A stretch of 64,000 nucleotides of DNA from the NCBI GenBank assembly GCA_963769935.1, contig CAVYNY010000030.1, positions 64,001-128,000 on the forward strand, written 5' to 3'. Every line of letters starts with the position of its first letter. The first letter of the stretch is position 1. The translations under genes were made by a program, and so were the position numbers. Positions 41,573 to 52,118 of this stretch are shown piece after piece. The notes under the pieces are model-generated. The model did not search any database and was not told the origin of the DNA. It saw only the letters and a list, made by a program, of their open reading frames with translations. The stretch comes from an uncultured delta proteobacterium (lineage in GTDB: Bacteria; Desulfobacterota; Desulfobacteria; Desulfobacterales; JAFDCJ01).

Positions 41573-42922
41573 ATGAACCGCACAGAAAACAAATCCAAAC
41601 CTCGTCGATATGAATTTGTCTTAGGGCCCGCTTCTTTTTTCGATATGCCGGAAATTCTGGAAGGCGCCTCGCTGGAAATCGATATCCAATCCGATGGCGT
41701 GGTCGGCAGCCGGGCGCGCACAGAAAAACGGGTCCGAGTCATCCGTCTGTCTTTTATCAGTCAGCTCTGGCATGGATTTACCTGGAAGCATCAGGCCCGG
41801 ATATACCTGCCGGTAGCTAATAGGCTGCATGAGCATGTGGGGATTATCGGCACTCACAGATTGTTTACCCAACCGGGTGACAAACGGGAGTTCATCCCCG
41901 GCACCGGTCTGCGCTCTGAAGATGAATTTGCTGAAGGCACGGCGCTGGATCTTAACATCCCGATCATGATTTTCAGTACGCCGGATGAAGGCCTGGATGA
42001 TATGGACGAATCCGACCTGATGGGATTTGGCATGCAGAACATGATGAAAACCGGTGATCTGACCTGGTCAGGGTATTATGCAATCGCAAAGTCATATTTG
42101 CGTGCGATCACGCTCATGCAGATTCACCCGGACATCCGGGCTGAAAAGGCGGTTTTGCTGGGCTGCTCAAAAAGAGGATTGGCCGTCAGCATCTGCGCCG
42201 GTGCCGATCCCGGACGGGTGGCGGGAGTGATGATCACTTGCTTTCCCGGCGGCAACCTTCTTGGCATGGCGGCAAATAAGTACAAGGCTTTCGGGCCGGA
42301 GATCAGTGGCCCCTTGGAATCAAAAACAGGTCCTGGTTTCCAACCGCCGAAAGTTCAGCTGCGAACGCTCAACAATCCCGTCGGATTCGGCTATCTAATG
42401 GCTTTTGATCCCTATTTATGGCGTGAGCAGATTAAAGCTGCTTATCTGGTTGCGATCGGCACCAATGACGAGTTTTACGGGTTGGAAGCTCCCAATGAAA
42501 TGCTTGAGGAGTTTTCAGACAACAAAGCTTTTCTGGCGGTCGACAATCTGCCGCATACCTGGATTTCTCGGAAACATCTGGCAGCGTGGCGCATGTGGCT
42601 GCGATATACCTTTCAGGGGGTCAAGATTCCACAAGTGACAACAAAGCTGGAAAAGGCTGCCGCCGTCGTCAATATTACCGCTGATGTCATTTTCGATGCA
42701 GCACCTTTGCAGGTCAGGCTCTACTATTCATACAACCATTCGCATGATTGGCGGTTCTCCAAGTGGAACCATAAAGAAATGGAACTGGTTTCAAATCGGT
42801 ATCAAAGCCAACTGGAGGCTGTTCCTGATTCCCATCTGGCTTTATACGCAGAAGTTGGATATGAAGCAAATGGTGAACCGGCTTATGTAAGCTCCCTGGT
42901 TGCCGTTTTGCCGCATGGGTGA
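41573..42922 (+). CDS. PqaA-like (PhoPQ-activated pathogenicity-related) alpha/beta hydrolase
   Basis: SQLWHGFTWKH, nucleophile elbow GCSKRG, DPY, GTNDEFY, NLPH. Confidence 0.72.
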   Translation: MNRTENKSKPRRYEFVLGPASFFDMPEILEGASLEIDIQSDGVVGSRARTEKRVRVIRLSFISQLWHGFTWKHQARIYLPVANRLHEHVGIIGTHRLFTQPGDKREFIPGTGLRSEDEFAEGTALDLNIPIMIFSTPDEGLDDMDESDLMGFGMQNMMKTGDLTWSGYYAIAKSYLRAITLMQIHPDIRAEKAVLLGCSKRGLAVSICAGADPGRVAGVMITCFPGGNLLGMAANKYKAFGPEISGPLESKTGPGFQPPKVQLRTLNNPVGFGYLMAFDPYLWREQIKAAYLVAIGTNDEFYGLEAPNEMLEEFSDNKAFLAVDNLPHTWISRKHLAAWRMWLRYTFQGVKIPQVTTKLEKAAAVVNITADVIFDAAPLQVRLYYSYNHSHDWRFSKWNHKEMELVSNRYQSQLEAVPDSHLALYAEVGYEANGEPAYVSSLVAVLPHG

Positions 42923-42944
42923 AGTCCGGCATTCCATCCATTCA

Positions 42945-43934
42945 TCAATACAGCAGGCAGGCCACAAAGTGTCCGGGAGCAATTTCCTTTAGCTGCGGAT
43001 CGACCGATTTGCACTGCTCCATGGCCACCGGACAACGGGAAGCGAGTCTGCAGCAGGATGGTGGATCAATTGGGGAACTGATTTCGCCGATGAGTTTGAC
43101 CCCGGCATCTCTTCGTTCCAATCCCGGCATGGAAGCTATCAGGGCACGCGAGTACGGGTGGCAGGGGTTCTCGAACAGCATTTCGGTCTGCGCCAGCTCG
43201 GCCACCTTTCCCATGTAGATCACCGCCACCTCGTGCGAAATATGCCGCACGACGTTCAGATCATGGGACACGAACAGATAAGCCAGGCCCTGTTCTTCCT
43301 GTAGCCTTTTTAATAGATTCAGAACCTGGGCCTGCACCGAAACATCCAGGGCGGATACGGGTTCATCGCAGATAATCACCTGGGGATTGACGGCCAGGGC
43401 GCGGGCGATCGCGATTCGCTGCCGTTGCCCGCCGCTGAACTCGTGCGGGTACCGATATAATTGTCCGGCATCCAGGCCCACTTGATGCAGTATACCGATG
43501 ATGGCTTCCAGCCGCTGCTGCTGATTCAGATGCGTATGCAGCTTCAGGGGGCGTTCAACGATGGTTTTCAAAGTCTGACGCGGATCCAGGGAACTGTACG
43601 GGTCCTGAAACACCATCTGCAGGCGCTGACGAAAGGTCCGCACCCGCATACCTGCGATATGGATACGAGTGCCCCTATCGTAATGGATGATTTCCCCCGA
43701 TGTTGGCTGGTGATAGTGAACCATGGTAAAGGCGATCGTTGATTTGCCCGATCCGCTCTCCCCAACCAGGCCGAGTGTCTTGCCCGGGTATATCTTCAGA
43801 TTGACGTTGTCCACGGCCTTGAGCGTCGCTTTTTTGCCCAGGTCATAGACGCTGAAATATTTGCACAGGTTTCTGGCTTCCAGGATCGGCTGGCTGTTTG
43901 GCGCATACCGGCTTGTATGTTCTGTCATGATCAC
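42945..43934 (-). CDS. Oligopeptide/dipeptide ABC ATP-binding protein (OppF/DppF)
   Basis: [42 protein letters not shown]. Confidence 0.93.
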   Translation of the reverse strand: MIMTEHTSRYAPNSQPILEARNLCKYFSVYDLGKKATLKAVDNVNLKIYPGKTLGLVGESGSGKSTIAFTMVHYHQPTSGEIIHYDRGTRIHIAGMRVRTFRQRLQMVFQDPYSSLDPRQTLKTIVERPLKLHTHLNQQQRLEAIIGILHQVGLDAGQLYRYPHEFSGGQRQRIAIARALAVNPQVIICDEPVSALDVSVQAQVLNLLKRLQEEQGLAYLFVSHDLNVVRHISHEVAVIYMGKVAELAQTEMLFENPCHPYSRALIASMPGLERRDAGVKLIGEISSPIDPPSCCRLASRCPVAMEQCKSVDPQLKEIAPGHFVACLLY

Positions 43935-43940
43935 GTTCGG

Positions 43941-44903
43941 CTAAACCATGTGGCAGGCGATGAAATGATCTTTTTCGATCTCTCTTAACACGGGAACTTC
44001 CTGACGACAAATTTTATCGGCCAGCTTGCAGCGGGGGTGGAATGCGCAGCCGCCGGGAACCTGAAGCATATCGGGCACCATGCCTGGAATCGGTGTCAGA
44101 TAATCGCTCTTTTTCCCGATTTGCGGCTGCGATTCTTTCAGACCGATGGTGTAAGGATGCACGGGTTTCTTGAATACCTCCGCGGTCGGTCCGATCTCCA
44201 CTTGCCGGCCGGCGTACATCACGCAGATTCGGGCACACACATCCGCCACCACATACAGGTTATGGGATATCAGCATCAAGGCCATGTTGCTTTTTTGAAT
44301 TCGTTCGGCCAGCAGGTCCAGGATCTGGGCCTGGATGGTCACATCCAGGGCGGTGGTCGGTTCATCGGCGATCAGCAGCGACGGGTTGCAGGAAATGGCC
44401 ATGGCGATCATCACCCGCTGGCGCATCCCGCCTGAAAGCTCGTGCGGATACTGCTTCAACCGCTCGCGGGGCGACGGAATTCCGACCATCTTTAAATAAT
44501 CCATGGCCCGGTCGTCGGCTTCTTTTATCGTAGCGTCCAGGTGGGTCTTAATGCCGGCGCGCATCTGCCGGCCGATGGTAAACACCGGATTCAGACTGGT
44601 CATGGGCTCCTGGAAAATCATGGCAACCCGGGAACCGCGTATCCGGCGCATTTCCCGCATGGGCAGGCTGAATACATCGTTATGGTCCAGCATCACGCGC
44701 CCTGTGGTAACGGCCGGCGGCGTCGGGTTGAGCCGATTGATGGTTTTGGCCGTGACGCTTTTACCGCTGCCGGACTCGCCCACGATGCCCAGGGTTTCCC
44801 CTTTATTCAACGTCAGATTCACCTGGTTGACCGCTTTAAGCTTGCCGGCCCTCAGTTCGAATGTGACACACACCTCTTGCAATGACAAAAAATGGTCGTC
44901 CAT
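43941..44903 (-). CDS. Oligopeptide/dipeptide ABC ATP-binding protein (OppD/DppD)
   Basis: [40 protein letters not shown]. Confidence 0.93.
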   Translation of the reverse strand: MDDHFLSLQEVCVTFELRAGKLKAVNQVNLTLNKGETLGIVGESGSGKSVTAKTINRLNPTPPAVTTGRVMLDHNDVFSLPMREMRRIRGSRVAMIFQEPMTSLNPVFTIGRQMRAGIKTHLDATIKEADDRAMDYLKMVGIPSPRERLKQYPHELSGGMRQRVMIAMAISCNPSLLIADEPTTALDVTIQAQILDLLAERIQKSNMALMLISHNLYVVADVCARICVMYAGRQVEIGPTAEVFKKPVHPYTIGLKESQPQIGKKSDYLTPIPGMVPDMLQVPGGCAFHPRCKLADKICRQEVPVLREIEKDHFIACHMV

Positions 44904-44919
44904 AACTCCAACAGCTTGA

Positions 44920-45852
44920 CTATTTTTCCGACAAGCGCGGATCTAAAACGTCACGCAATCCGTCACCCAGCAGGTTTGCGCCCAGTACCGTGAAAAATAT
45001 GGCCATCCCGGGGTAGACAGCCACCATGGGCGCGGTTTCCATCAGGTCCCGGGCTTCGTTCAGCATGAGGCCCCAGCTGGGTTCCGGAGGTGGAGGGCCC
45101 AGACCCAGAAACGTCAGTCCGGCGAACACCAGCAGGGTGTAACCCAGCCGCACCGTGGCCATGACTATCAAAGGGGACGCCACATTGGGAATGATCTGCC
45201 GGTACAAAATCCACAGACCGTTTTCCCCGATCAGCTCGGCTGCCTTTACGTAGTCCCGCTCCCTTTCCGCGATGACCAGTCCCCGGGTCATCCGGACCAG
45301 GCTGGGCGCGCCTCCGATGATCAACGCCAGAATGCATGGCCACAAGCCGGCACCCATAATGGCCAGGATGGCCATGTACAGAATTAAGCCCGGAAAAGAG
45401 AGCAGGGCATCGTTTATCCGCATGAGCACGTTGTCGATCCAGACCCCGTAATAGCCGGCCAGGGCGCCGATCGCGACACCAATCAGCATCTGCAGCGGGA
45501 CAACGGCCAGCGCCACCATGACCGCGTTGCGTGCCCCCCACACCAGGCGCGACCATATATCACGGCCCAGCTGGTCGGTGCCCATCCAGTGCTCGGCGCT
45601 GGCCGGGGCCCTGAGGTTTAAAAAATCTCCCTGGATGGGGTCATGGGTGGCCAGCCAGGGGGCAAAAACGGCCGTAAGCACCACAATTGTGCAGATAATC
45701 AGTCCAACCAGCGCAATCCGGGATTCCACCAGGCGGCTGAACGTCTTGTCCACGCGCATAATAAATCGTACCAGTGCTCCTTTGAAACCGGATTCGCCGG
45801 TGATGCTGCCGGCGCTGTCAAATTGCGGATTCGCCTTGCTTGAGTTCGTCAT
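44920..45852 (-). CDS. Opp/Dpp ABC permease C
   Basis: HWMGTDQLGRDIWSRLVWGAR, LTFLGLG, PSWG, NLLGDGLRDVLDP; start taken as MTNSSK. Confidence 0.92.
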   Translation of the reverse strand: MTNSSKANPQFDSAGSITGESGFKGALVRFIMRVDKTFSRLVESRIALVGLIICTIVVLTAVFAPWLATHDPIQGDFLNLRAPASAEHWMGTDQLGRDIWSRLVWGARNAVMVALAVVPLQMLIGVAIGALAGYYGVWIDNVLMRINDALLSFPGLILYMAILAIMGAGLWPCILALIIGGAPSLVRMTRGLVIAERERDYVKAAELIGENGLWILYRQIIPNVASPLIVMATVRLGYTLLVFAGLTFLGLGPPPPEPSWGLMLNEARDLMETAPMVAVYPGMAIFFTVLGANLLGDGLRDVLDPRLSEK

Positions 45853-45857
45853 TTGAT

Positions 45858-46808
45858 CTATTCCAGTTGGATCCTCGGGTCCAGCCACTTGTAAATGATA
45901 TCCACCAGCAGGTTGATCAGGATGAATGCGGACGACAGGACGATGATCCCCCCCTGGACCACCGGGTAGTCCTTGGCCATGATGCCTTCGTAGATCATGT
46001 TGCCGATCCCCGGCCAGGAAAATATCTGCTCGATGACCACCGTCCCTCCCAGAAGCATGGCAAAGCGAATGGAGGAAATGGTCAGCGTGGGAATCATGGC
46101 GTTCTTCAAGGTGAAGCGGGCCACGATCTCGGTTTCGCTCAACCCCTGCGACCGATGCGTTTGGACATAATCCTTGTTTAACTCCTCCAGCATGGTTGAG
46201 CGGGTCATCCGGGTGAGCACCCCCGTCATTTCGATCCCCAGCGTAAATGCCGGCAAAAACAGGTGGTGCAGAAACCCCGTGATGCTCTGGCCGGGAGGGA
46301 CGTAGCCGATTATCGGGAACCATTTCAAAACCAAACCGAAATAGAGCATCAGCATGAGTCCCGCCCAGAAGGAGGGCAGGCTCAGGCCCACCAGCGCCGT
46401 TACCTGGGCGGCATAATCCACCAGGGACTTTCGCTTTACCGCCGCGAAAATCCCCAGGGGAAATGAAAACAGGAGCGCAAAGAACATTCCGCCGACTGCC
46501 AGGTAAACCGTTCGCGGCAGCGCTTCCCCCACGATCACGGAAACCGGCCGGGCATGGAGGATGGAACGCCCCAGGTCCCCCCGCAGCACCTTTGCCAGCC
46601 AGATACCGTACTGCACGATGATCGGTTTGTCGAAGCCATACTTCTGGATAACCGCCTGCCGGACCTCGTCGCTGGCATTGATTTCAACCAGGGAATCCAC
46701 CGGGTTCCCGGGGATCAGATGGAGGATGGAAAACACCAGAACCGTCACCAGGAACATGGTGGGCACCATATACAGCAGCCGGCGGACCAGAAATCGCCTC
46801 AGTCCCAT
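45858..46808 (-). CDS. Opp/Dpp ABC permease B
   Basis: IPGNPV, GDLGRS, LKNAMIP, IEQIFSWPGIG, DYPVVQG. Confidence 0.92.
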   Translation of the reverse strand: MGLRRFLVRRLLYMVPTMFLVTVLVFSILHLIPGNPVDSLVEINASDEVRQAVIQKYGFDKPIIVQYGIWLAKVLRGDLGRSILHARPVSVIVGEALPRTVYLAVGGMFFALLFSFPLGIFAAVKRKSLVDYAAQVTALVGLSLPSFWAGLMLMLYFGLVLKWFPIIGYVPPGQSITGFLHHLFLPAFTLGIEMTGVLTRMTRSTMLEELNKDYVQTHRSQGLSETEIVARFTLKNAMIPTLTISSIRFAMLLGGTVVIEQIFSWPGIGNMIYEGIMAKDYPVVQGGIIVLSSAFILINLLVDIIYKWLDPRIQLE

Positions 46809-46809
46809 C

Positions 46810-48501
46810 TTAGCTCTCCAGCCAGGCTTCCTTGAACCCCTGTTCCTGGATGTAGTAATTCCCGGGGTTGAAATTCTTCAGCTTTTTGCTCCAGCCGTTG
46901 GCCAGAACCATCGTCATGTATGGGATAAAAAAAGCCTTTTCGTTGGTCCTCAACACAACTTTTTTGAATTTCTCCCGCCGTTTCCGAAGGTCCATCTCCG
47001 CGGACATATCGTCCAGCAGCCGGTCCAGCTCCGGATCCTTCACTCCCGTTATCGGCGCATAACCGTCATAGGGTTTGGCCGGGTCGGTATGAAGAAAGCT
47101 GTAATAATAAGTCATGGGATCGTCGCCGCCCACGGTGAAGACGAACATCTGGTAGGTCATGGTACGGAGGTTGTTCCAGTACTGAAGGCCCATCTGCGTG
47201 GTAATCTTGATGCGGAAACCTGCCGGCCGGGCCATCTGCTGCACCACCTGCGCCATCAGGTCGTTCTTGCCCCAGGTCGGGGTGATCTTGAATTCCACGT
47301 CGATGCCGTCGGGATAACCGGCTTCCTTCAGCAGTTGCTTGGCCTTGGCGATGTCGGGCTCCGGTACTTTGATATCGTCGAAGCCCCAAAGAGATTCGGA
47401 GGGTTGAAACCCCTGGACCGTCGGAATCCCCCGTTCTCCGTACAACGCCTGGGCCAGTTTCCTGCGATCGATACTAAGAGCCAGCGCTTGACGGACTCTC
47501 TCATCGTGAAAAGGCGAATGCCCAATTTCCGGGAGATTGTTCAGGTAGATTGTCATGGTGGCGTCATTCAACCTGGGATAGAATATCAGATTATCCTTTT
47601 CAAAAGGCACATACAGTTTTTGCCCCTGGAACAATTTCGCGAAGTATTCGTCAATCACGCCGTAAATATAGTCCACATCTCCGGCTCTCAGGGCCATGGT
47701 CCTGGGCTGGTCCTTGATGACCAGCATCTCGACCCCGTCCAGGTAGGGCAGCCCCGGTATGCGGTAATCCTTGAATGCTTTGAAAAAGGCCCTCTGGTTC
47801 TGCTGGAATTCCACCAACTCGAATGGTCCGGTTCCCGGCGGTGCGACCCGGTCGGATTTAAAGTCGGTGGATTCCCCGAAGATCTTGCCCTGGGGAATGG
47901 AATCCTTGGGCATGATCGGCGCATTGACCCAGGCGTTGGCGATCAGAAAGGCGGCGTAAGGCTGGGTAAGATTGGCCACCACCGTGTAACGATCCGGTGT
48001 CTCTATCGATTTCAGGTAAGCCCCCAGTATTTTTCGCGCAGCCGCCATATGCGCCGGGTCTTGGATCCGCTCCCAGTTCCATTTGACATCGCCGGAGTCG
48101 AATTCCTTGCCGTCGTGGAATTTGACGCCCTTTTTAAGGTGAAACACATAGCGGGCGCCTCCTTGTTCGATATCCCAGGAGTCCGCCAGCATCGGCTTGA
48201 CCTCCGGGACGGCTTCCGGCCCTTTTTCCTTCATGATTTGAAAGCGTTCTCCCAGGGAAATGGGGTCCACCAATCCTTCCCAGGCCAGGGCGGCATCCTG
48301 GCGGCCCCAGGTACCGTTTCGGCGCTGAGGATCGGGAGATTGAATCAAAAACGACATCCCGCATTTCAGGATGCCGCCGCGCCGGGGTGTTGCGGCAAAC
48401 AGGGAAGCTCCCCCCAGGGACAGGGCCACAGTTCCGGCCGCACCGGCCGCCATAATTTTAACGAACTCCCGTCGGGACATCTGTTTCTTATGGTTGCTCA
48501 T
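46810..48501 (-). CDS. Opp/Dpp ABC substrate-binding protein with Tat signal
   Basis: SRREFVK twin-arginine motif, LADSW, GVKFHDG, GTGPF, AKAKQLLKEAGY. Confidence 0.92.
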   Translation of the reverse strand: MSNHKKQMSRREFVKIMAAGAAGTVALSLGGASLFAATPRRGGILKCGMSFLIQSPDPQRRNGTWGRQDAALAWEGLVDPISLGERFQIMKEKGPEAVPEVKPMLADSWDIEQGGARYVFHLKKGVKFHDGKEFDSGDVKWNWERIQDPAHMAAARKILGAYLKSIETPDRYTVVANLTQPYAAFLIANAWVNAPIMPKDSIPQGKIFGESTDFKSDRVAPPGTGPFELVEFQQNQRAFFKAFKDYRIPGLPYLDGVEMLVIKDQPRTMALRAGDVDYIYGVIDEYFAKLFQGQKLYVPFEKDNLIFYPRLNDATMTIYLNNLPEIGHSPFHDERVRQALALSIDRRKLAQALYGERGIPTVQGFQPSESLWGFDDIKVPEPDIAKAKQLLKEAGYPDGIDVEFKITPTWGKNDLMAQVVQQMARPAGFRIKITTQMGLQYWNNLRTMTYQMFVFTVGGDDPMTYYYSFLHTDPAKPYDGYAPITGVKDPELDRLLDDMSAEMDLRKRREKFKKVVLRTNEKAFFIPYMTMVLANGWSKKLKNFNPGNYYIQEQGFKEAWLES

Positions 48502-48863
48502 GTTCCTATTCCTCCTTCGCATTAAAGGTTTCACGATCACGGAATGCAGCATCTTTTTGAAGGGCAATTTCCATTTTTAAACCGTTGCCGGGGTTTATTC
48601 AGAACTTACTAAGCCGAGCATAATTCAATAGACATAGATGCATTTAAAATCGAAAACAAACATTCACCTTGCGCAGAATGCCCTGCTCCAAATGCCATTT
48701 CGAAATTTATAAAACCATGGCAGCTGACGGGGCATCTTTTATGTCTACTTAATGATGAGCTTCTCTGTATATGGGATCGACCCCGGGATGGTTCACTGCT
48801 TTGACCATTGCGCCATTTTAAAACGGGAGCGGCTTATAAACGGTCTGGACCAGAGGGCCCGTG

Positions 48864-49580
48864 TCAGGCATAGATCAACTCTTTGCTTCCCGTCTTCACA
48901 TTTGAGTCGATCTGTTCCTGCAACTCCACAGAATAGTTGCGTCTGATATTTTCAATTCCTGACTGCACGTTTGATTTGACAAACGCTTTCAGTTTATCGG
49001 CGTCTTTATCCCGAATCGCCTTGAGGATATTCCGGTGATCTTTATTGAATGTGGCGAGATCCCTGTACATCTCTCTCCGGCAGAGACAGCTGCGGAATAT
49101 CAATATCTGGTCGAGCCACAAGGCAACGGCGCGATGAAGATGGTTCCAGCCGGCAGGCTTATAAAGATTCAGGTGAAATTCCCGGTTCAATACAAAATGG
49201 TCTGCGAAGTCTTCCCTATCGTCAGATAAGGACTCCATTTGAGTGCTTAAATGCGCTAACTCCTTAATTTGATCATAGGTGAGATTTTTTAAGGCCGCTG
49301 CGGCAATTGTGGGTTCAGCGTGAAGTCTTAGCTCAAAAATCACTTCCAGTTCGGCCAATGTCAGAGGTTTTGCCACATAAGTGCCCTTGTTGGTGATCGT
49401 CTCAGCCAACCCATAGCCCACTATCTGGCGAATCGCATCTCGAATGGCCTCACGGCTTAGTGACAGCTCCTTTTCAAGTTTGGCTGGAACCAATTGCGTG
49501 CCGGGCTTTAACTCTCCCTGCAGGATGGACTTTCTGAGACCCTCTAAAGCCATCTCAGTCATCGTCATGTATCGTGCCAT
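48864..49580 (-). CDS. GntR family regulator (FCD domain)
   Basis: LEKELSLSREAIRDAI; NREFH...DHRNILKA. Confidence 0.9.
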   Translation of the reverse strand: MARYMTMTEMALEGLRKSILQGELKPGTQLVPAKLEKELSLSREAIRDAIRQIVGYGLAETITNKGTYVAKPLTLAELEVIFELRLHAEPTIAAAALKNLTYDQIKELAHLSTQMESLSDDREDFADHFVLNREFHLNLYKPAGWNHLHRAVALWLDQILIFRSCLCRREMYRDLATFNKDHRNILKAIRDKDADKLKAFVKSNVQSGIENIRRNYSVELQEQIDSNVKTGSKELIYA

Positions 49581-49840
49581 TGCATCACCGCTATGAGAAT
49601 TCTGTAAAAATGGTTTTCGTTGGGGCAAAGAAGACCGGCTCTGAGTAGAGCATGACTGCCGGCTGCCAGAACCGACCGCCGGCAGTGTTCCGGCGGCGCC
49701 GATCCGGTTCCTTATTACGACGTGGGGCCAGTTTGAAATCCAGGGAGAAGCGTTTGAGTCTCAAGATCCTGACTGAGAGAATATGCAGCAACATCAGAAC
49801 ACAATCGGCGTCCTCAACTGTACAATTAATAGCATCATCT

Positions 49841-49886
49841 GTATTTTGTATTTCACCAAATACCAAATACTAAATTGATCTGTCAA
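49841..49886 (-). promoter_or_regulatory. Promoter with an inverted-repeat operator for the second GntR
   Basis: Minus-strand TTGACA (49881-49886); GTATTTTGTATTT-CACC-AAATACCAAATAC at 49841-49870. Confidence 0.55.
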
Positions 49887-49924
49887 CAATTTCTTTAATT
49901 GAGTTTAGAAATGAAAGAACTATG

Positions 49925-50170
49925 CTTAGCCAGACGAGATAATAATCTCATCTTTTCGGCTTATGAACGTGAAAAACCCCTCTTCGTCCTTAATGCCGAT
50001 ATCTCCGGTCAGCATCCACATCCCTATAAATTTTTCTTTTGTTGCCGGAGGGCTCCTCCAACATTCCTTTAAGACCACCGGATTCCTATCTGTCGCCTTT
50101 ACGGCTGTCTCATCTTGTTCTCCTGGTGAAAGGATATTGCCGTTCTTTTCCAGGACCTCGAGGGCAGCCG
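49925..50170 (-). pseudogene. Remnant of a third, different acyl-CoA synthetase
   Basis: Minus strand reads EVLEKNGNILSPGEQDETAVK...PVVLKECWRSPPATKEKFIGMWMLTGDIGIKDEEGFFTFISRKDEIIS, the degenerate A6-A8 adenylation motifs. Confidence 0.7.
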
Positions 50171-50175
50171 GGCAA

Positions 50176-52066
50176 TTAATTCCATTTTATCTTTAATTTG
50201 ATGGGCAAGTCGATGAAAGCATGGATCATTTCCACTTCGGTCTCTTGTCTATTTATTTCCACCTTGCCCAAATTAATGACTACAGTTACATTAGTTGTGC
50301 CATCTTTGAGAGTTTCGGTCGTGATATCAGCAATAGTCCTTTGATCTATGTATTTCGATAGAATCTGGCGCGTCTTTTCCTTTACTCCCAATTCGCGAAG
50401 AGATGGTTTGAATATTTTTCCGACAGTCGTCGTTGGCATCTCTGCAATCTCAAAAATTTTTTTAGGTTTGGCCGGTGGTTCAGCAATGTGCTTGATCATA
50501 TATTTTTCGAAATCCACAATGTCCAGATCTTTGCCCGGTGCCTTTACGACAAAGAGAATCGGCACCTCACCGGCATACTCGTCAGGCATACCCACAGCGG
50601 CACTCAGCGCTACCGCTGGATGGGCATCGGCAACTTCTTCAATAGAGGCCGGATCAATATTGTGGCCGCTACGAATAATGAGATCTTTTTGGCGACCAGT
50701 TAAAAACAGCCTATTTTCATCATTCATATAGCCTAAATCTCCGGTCACCAGCCAGCCGCCTTCCAACAAAGCCCCGGCATTATGCTGCGGGTCTTTGTAT
50801 CCCGGAAACACCTGCGGTCCGCGAACCAGCACGGCTCCTATCTCCCCGACATCGCATTTAACCACGGTTTCATTTTCAAGTTCTTTCTGTCTGGCAACCA
50901 TAAGGTCGGAAAAAGGAACCCTCAGGCCGGCCGATCCGAGAATCCGCTTCCCCATGACAGGATTGCTCGAAATCATGGCACCCGTCTCCGTCATTCCGTA
51001 TTGTTCGTAAAGCGGGCCGTTTATCTTTTTTTCGAAACGCTCACCGACAGGCACCGGACATAGGGAACCACCCGTGAAGCCCATTCGCACGGATGAAATG
51101 TCGGCATCTCCAACCGGGACATCGGAAATGGCAACAATGGCCGTTGGCACGCCGCCTACGATTGTCGCTTTATACCGTTCAACAATTTTCCAATAGTTGC
51201 GAAGTATATCCTGGTTTCTCAAACCATAGGGGGAAAGAATGACATCGTGCGCACCGGCGGCCATTCCGGACATGCCCAGTGATATCGTCCCTCCGACATG
51301 AAACATCGGCAGACAATTCAAAACCACATCGGTTTCATCGATGCGCCACATCTGCGCAAACGCCCAGGCACCATGGATCTGGTTGCCATGGGTCAGCTGC
51401 ACGAGCTTTGGAGTTCCGGTTGTACCCCCGGTGTGAAACAAGGCGGCGATTGTATTTCTGCCTATTTCTCTGGCAAAGGTTAAACGGTCATTAGGATAGG
51501 CCTTGACCGTTTCATCGAAATCATGCATGCGGCTATCTTTTGCCGGCCCACCGCCGAGAACGAATATCTTTTCGATCATATCTGCTTGGGCGATGACTGC
51601 CTGGACCTTTGCCCAAATGTCTTTGTCCACATTCGGACCGGGAACGACGAGAACCTCCGCATTTTCCGCATGCAGCAAATCAACGATTACGTCGGGATTG
51701 AGAAGGTAGTTGATGCTGCTCACAATACCGGCCGTCTGCGCACCCCAGATCGTGGCCGGGATTTGGTCATAGGTCGGAGAAATAATGGCGACGACACCGC
51801 CTTTTCTCGTGACCGTATCGTACATCATGTTGGCCACACGCGTAACTTCTCGCAATAGTTCTTTATTGGTCCGGGTATGGGCGGCATCGTCTAAATTGCC
51901 TGAAGGCAGAACCGTTAACCCCGGTCTGTCAGGGTAAAGTGTAGCAGTGGCAGTGAAAAGATCATAGACACTTTTTGCTGTCACCAATTCGTCATAAGGT
52001 TTGCTTCTCAAGGGATTCAATATCCTCGAGGCCTCTAATTGGTATGGTGCATTTTGTTGTTCTCAT
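50176..52066 (-). CDS. Acyl-CoA synthetase (AMP-binding), copy 2; +1 frameshift near 52001
   Basis: FHTGGTTGTPK, YGMTE, TGDLG, GRQKDLIIRSGHNIDP, VGKIFK. True start MRTTK at 52066; one extra base relative to copy 1 (aaggtttgc vs aaggttgc). Confidence 0.88.
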
Positions 52067-52118
52067 CTTTCTCCTGCGATTTTCAATATGCTATATTGAC
52101 ATAATGTAAGCGCCCATA

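Noticed and set aside
45853..46323. N-terminal extension of the 467-aa oppC ORF
   Set aside because: Overlaps oppB out of frame; the plausible start is 45852.
46561..48525. 654-aa plus-strand ORF
   Set aside because: Antisense shadow of the GC-rich oppA/oppB genes; no motifs and no RBS.
49620..49690. c-di-GMP-I riboswitch-like words (GCAAAG...GCCGGCTGCC)
   Set aside because: The GGCAAA/GNRA helix is missing and no plus-strand gene follows; only a simple ACTGCCGGC/GCCGGCAGT hairpin is supported.
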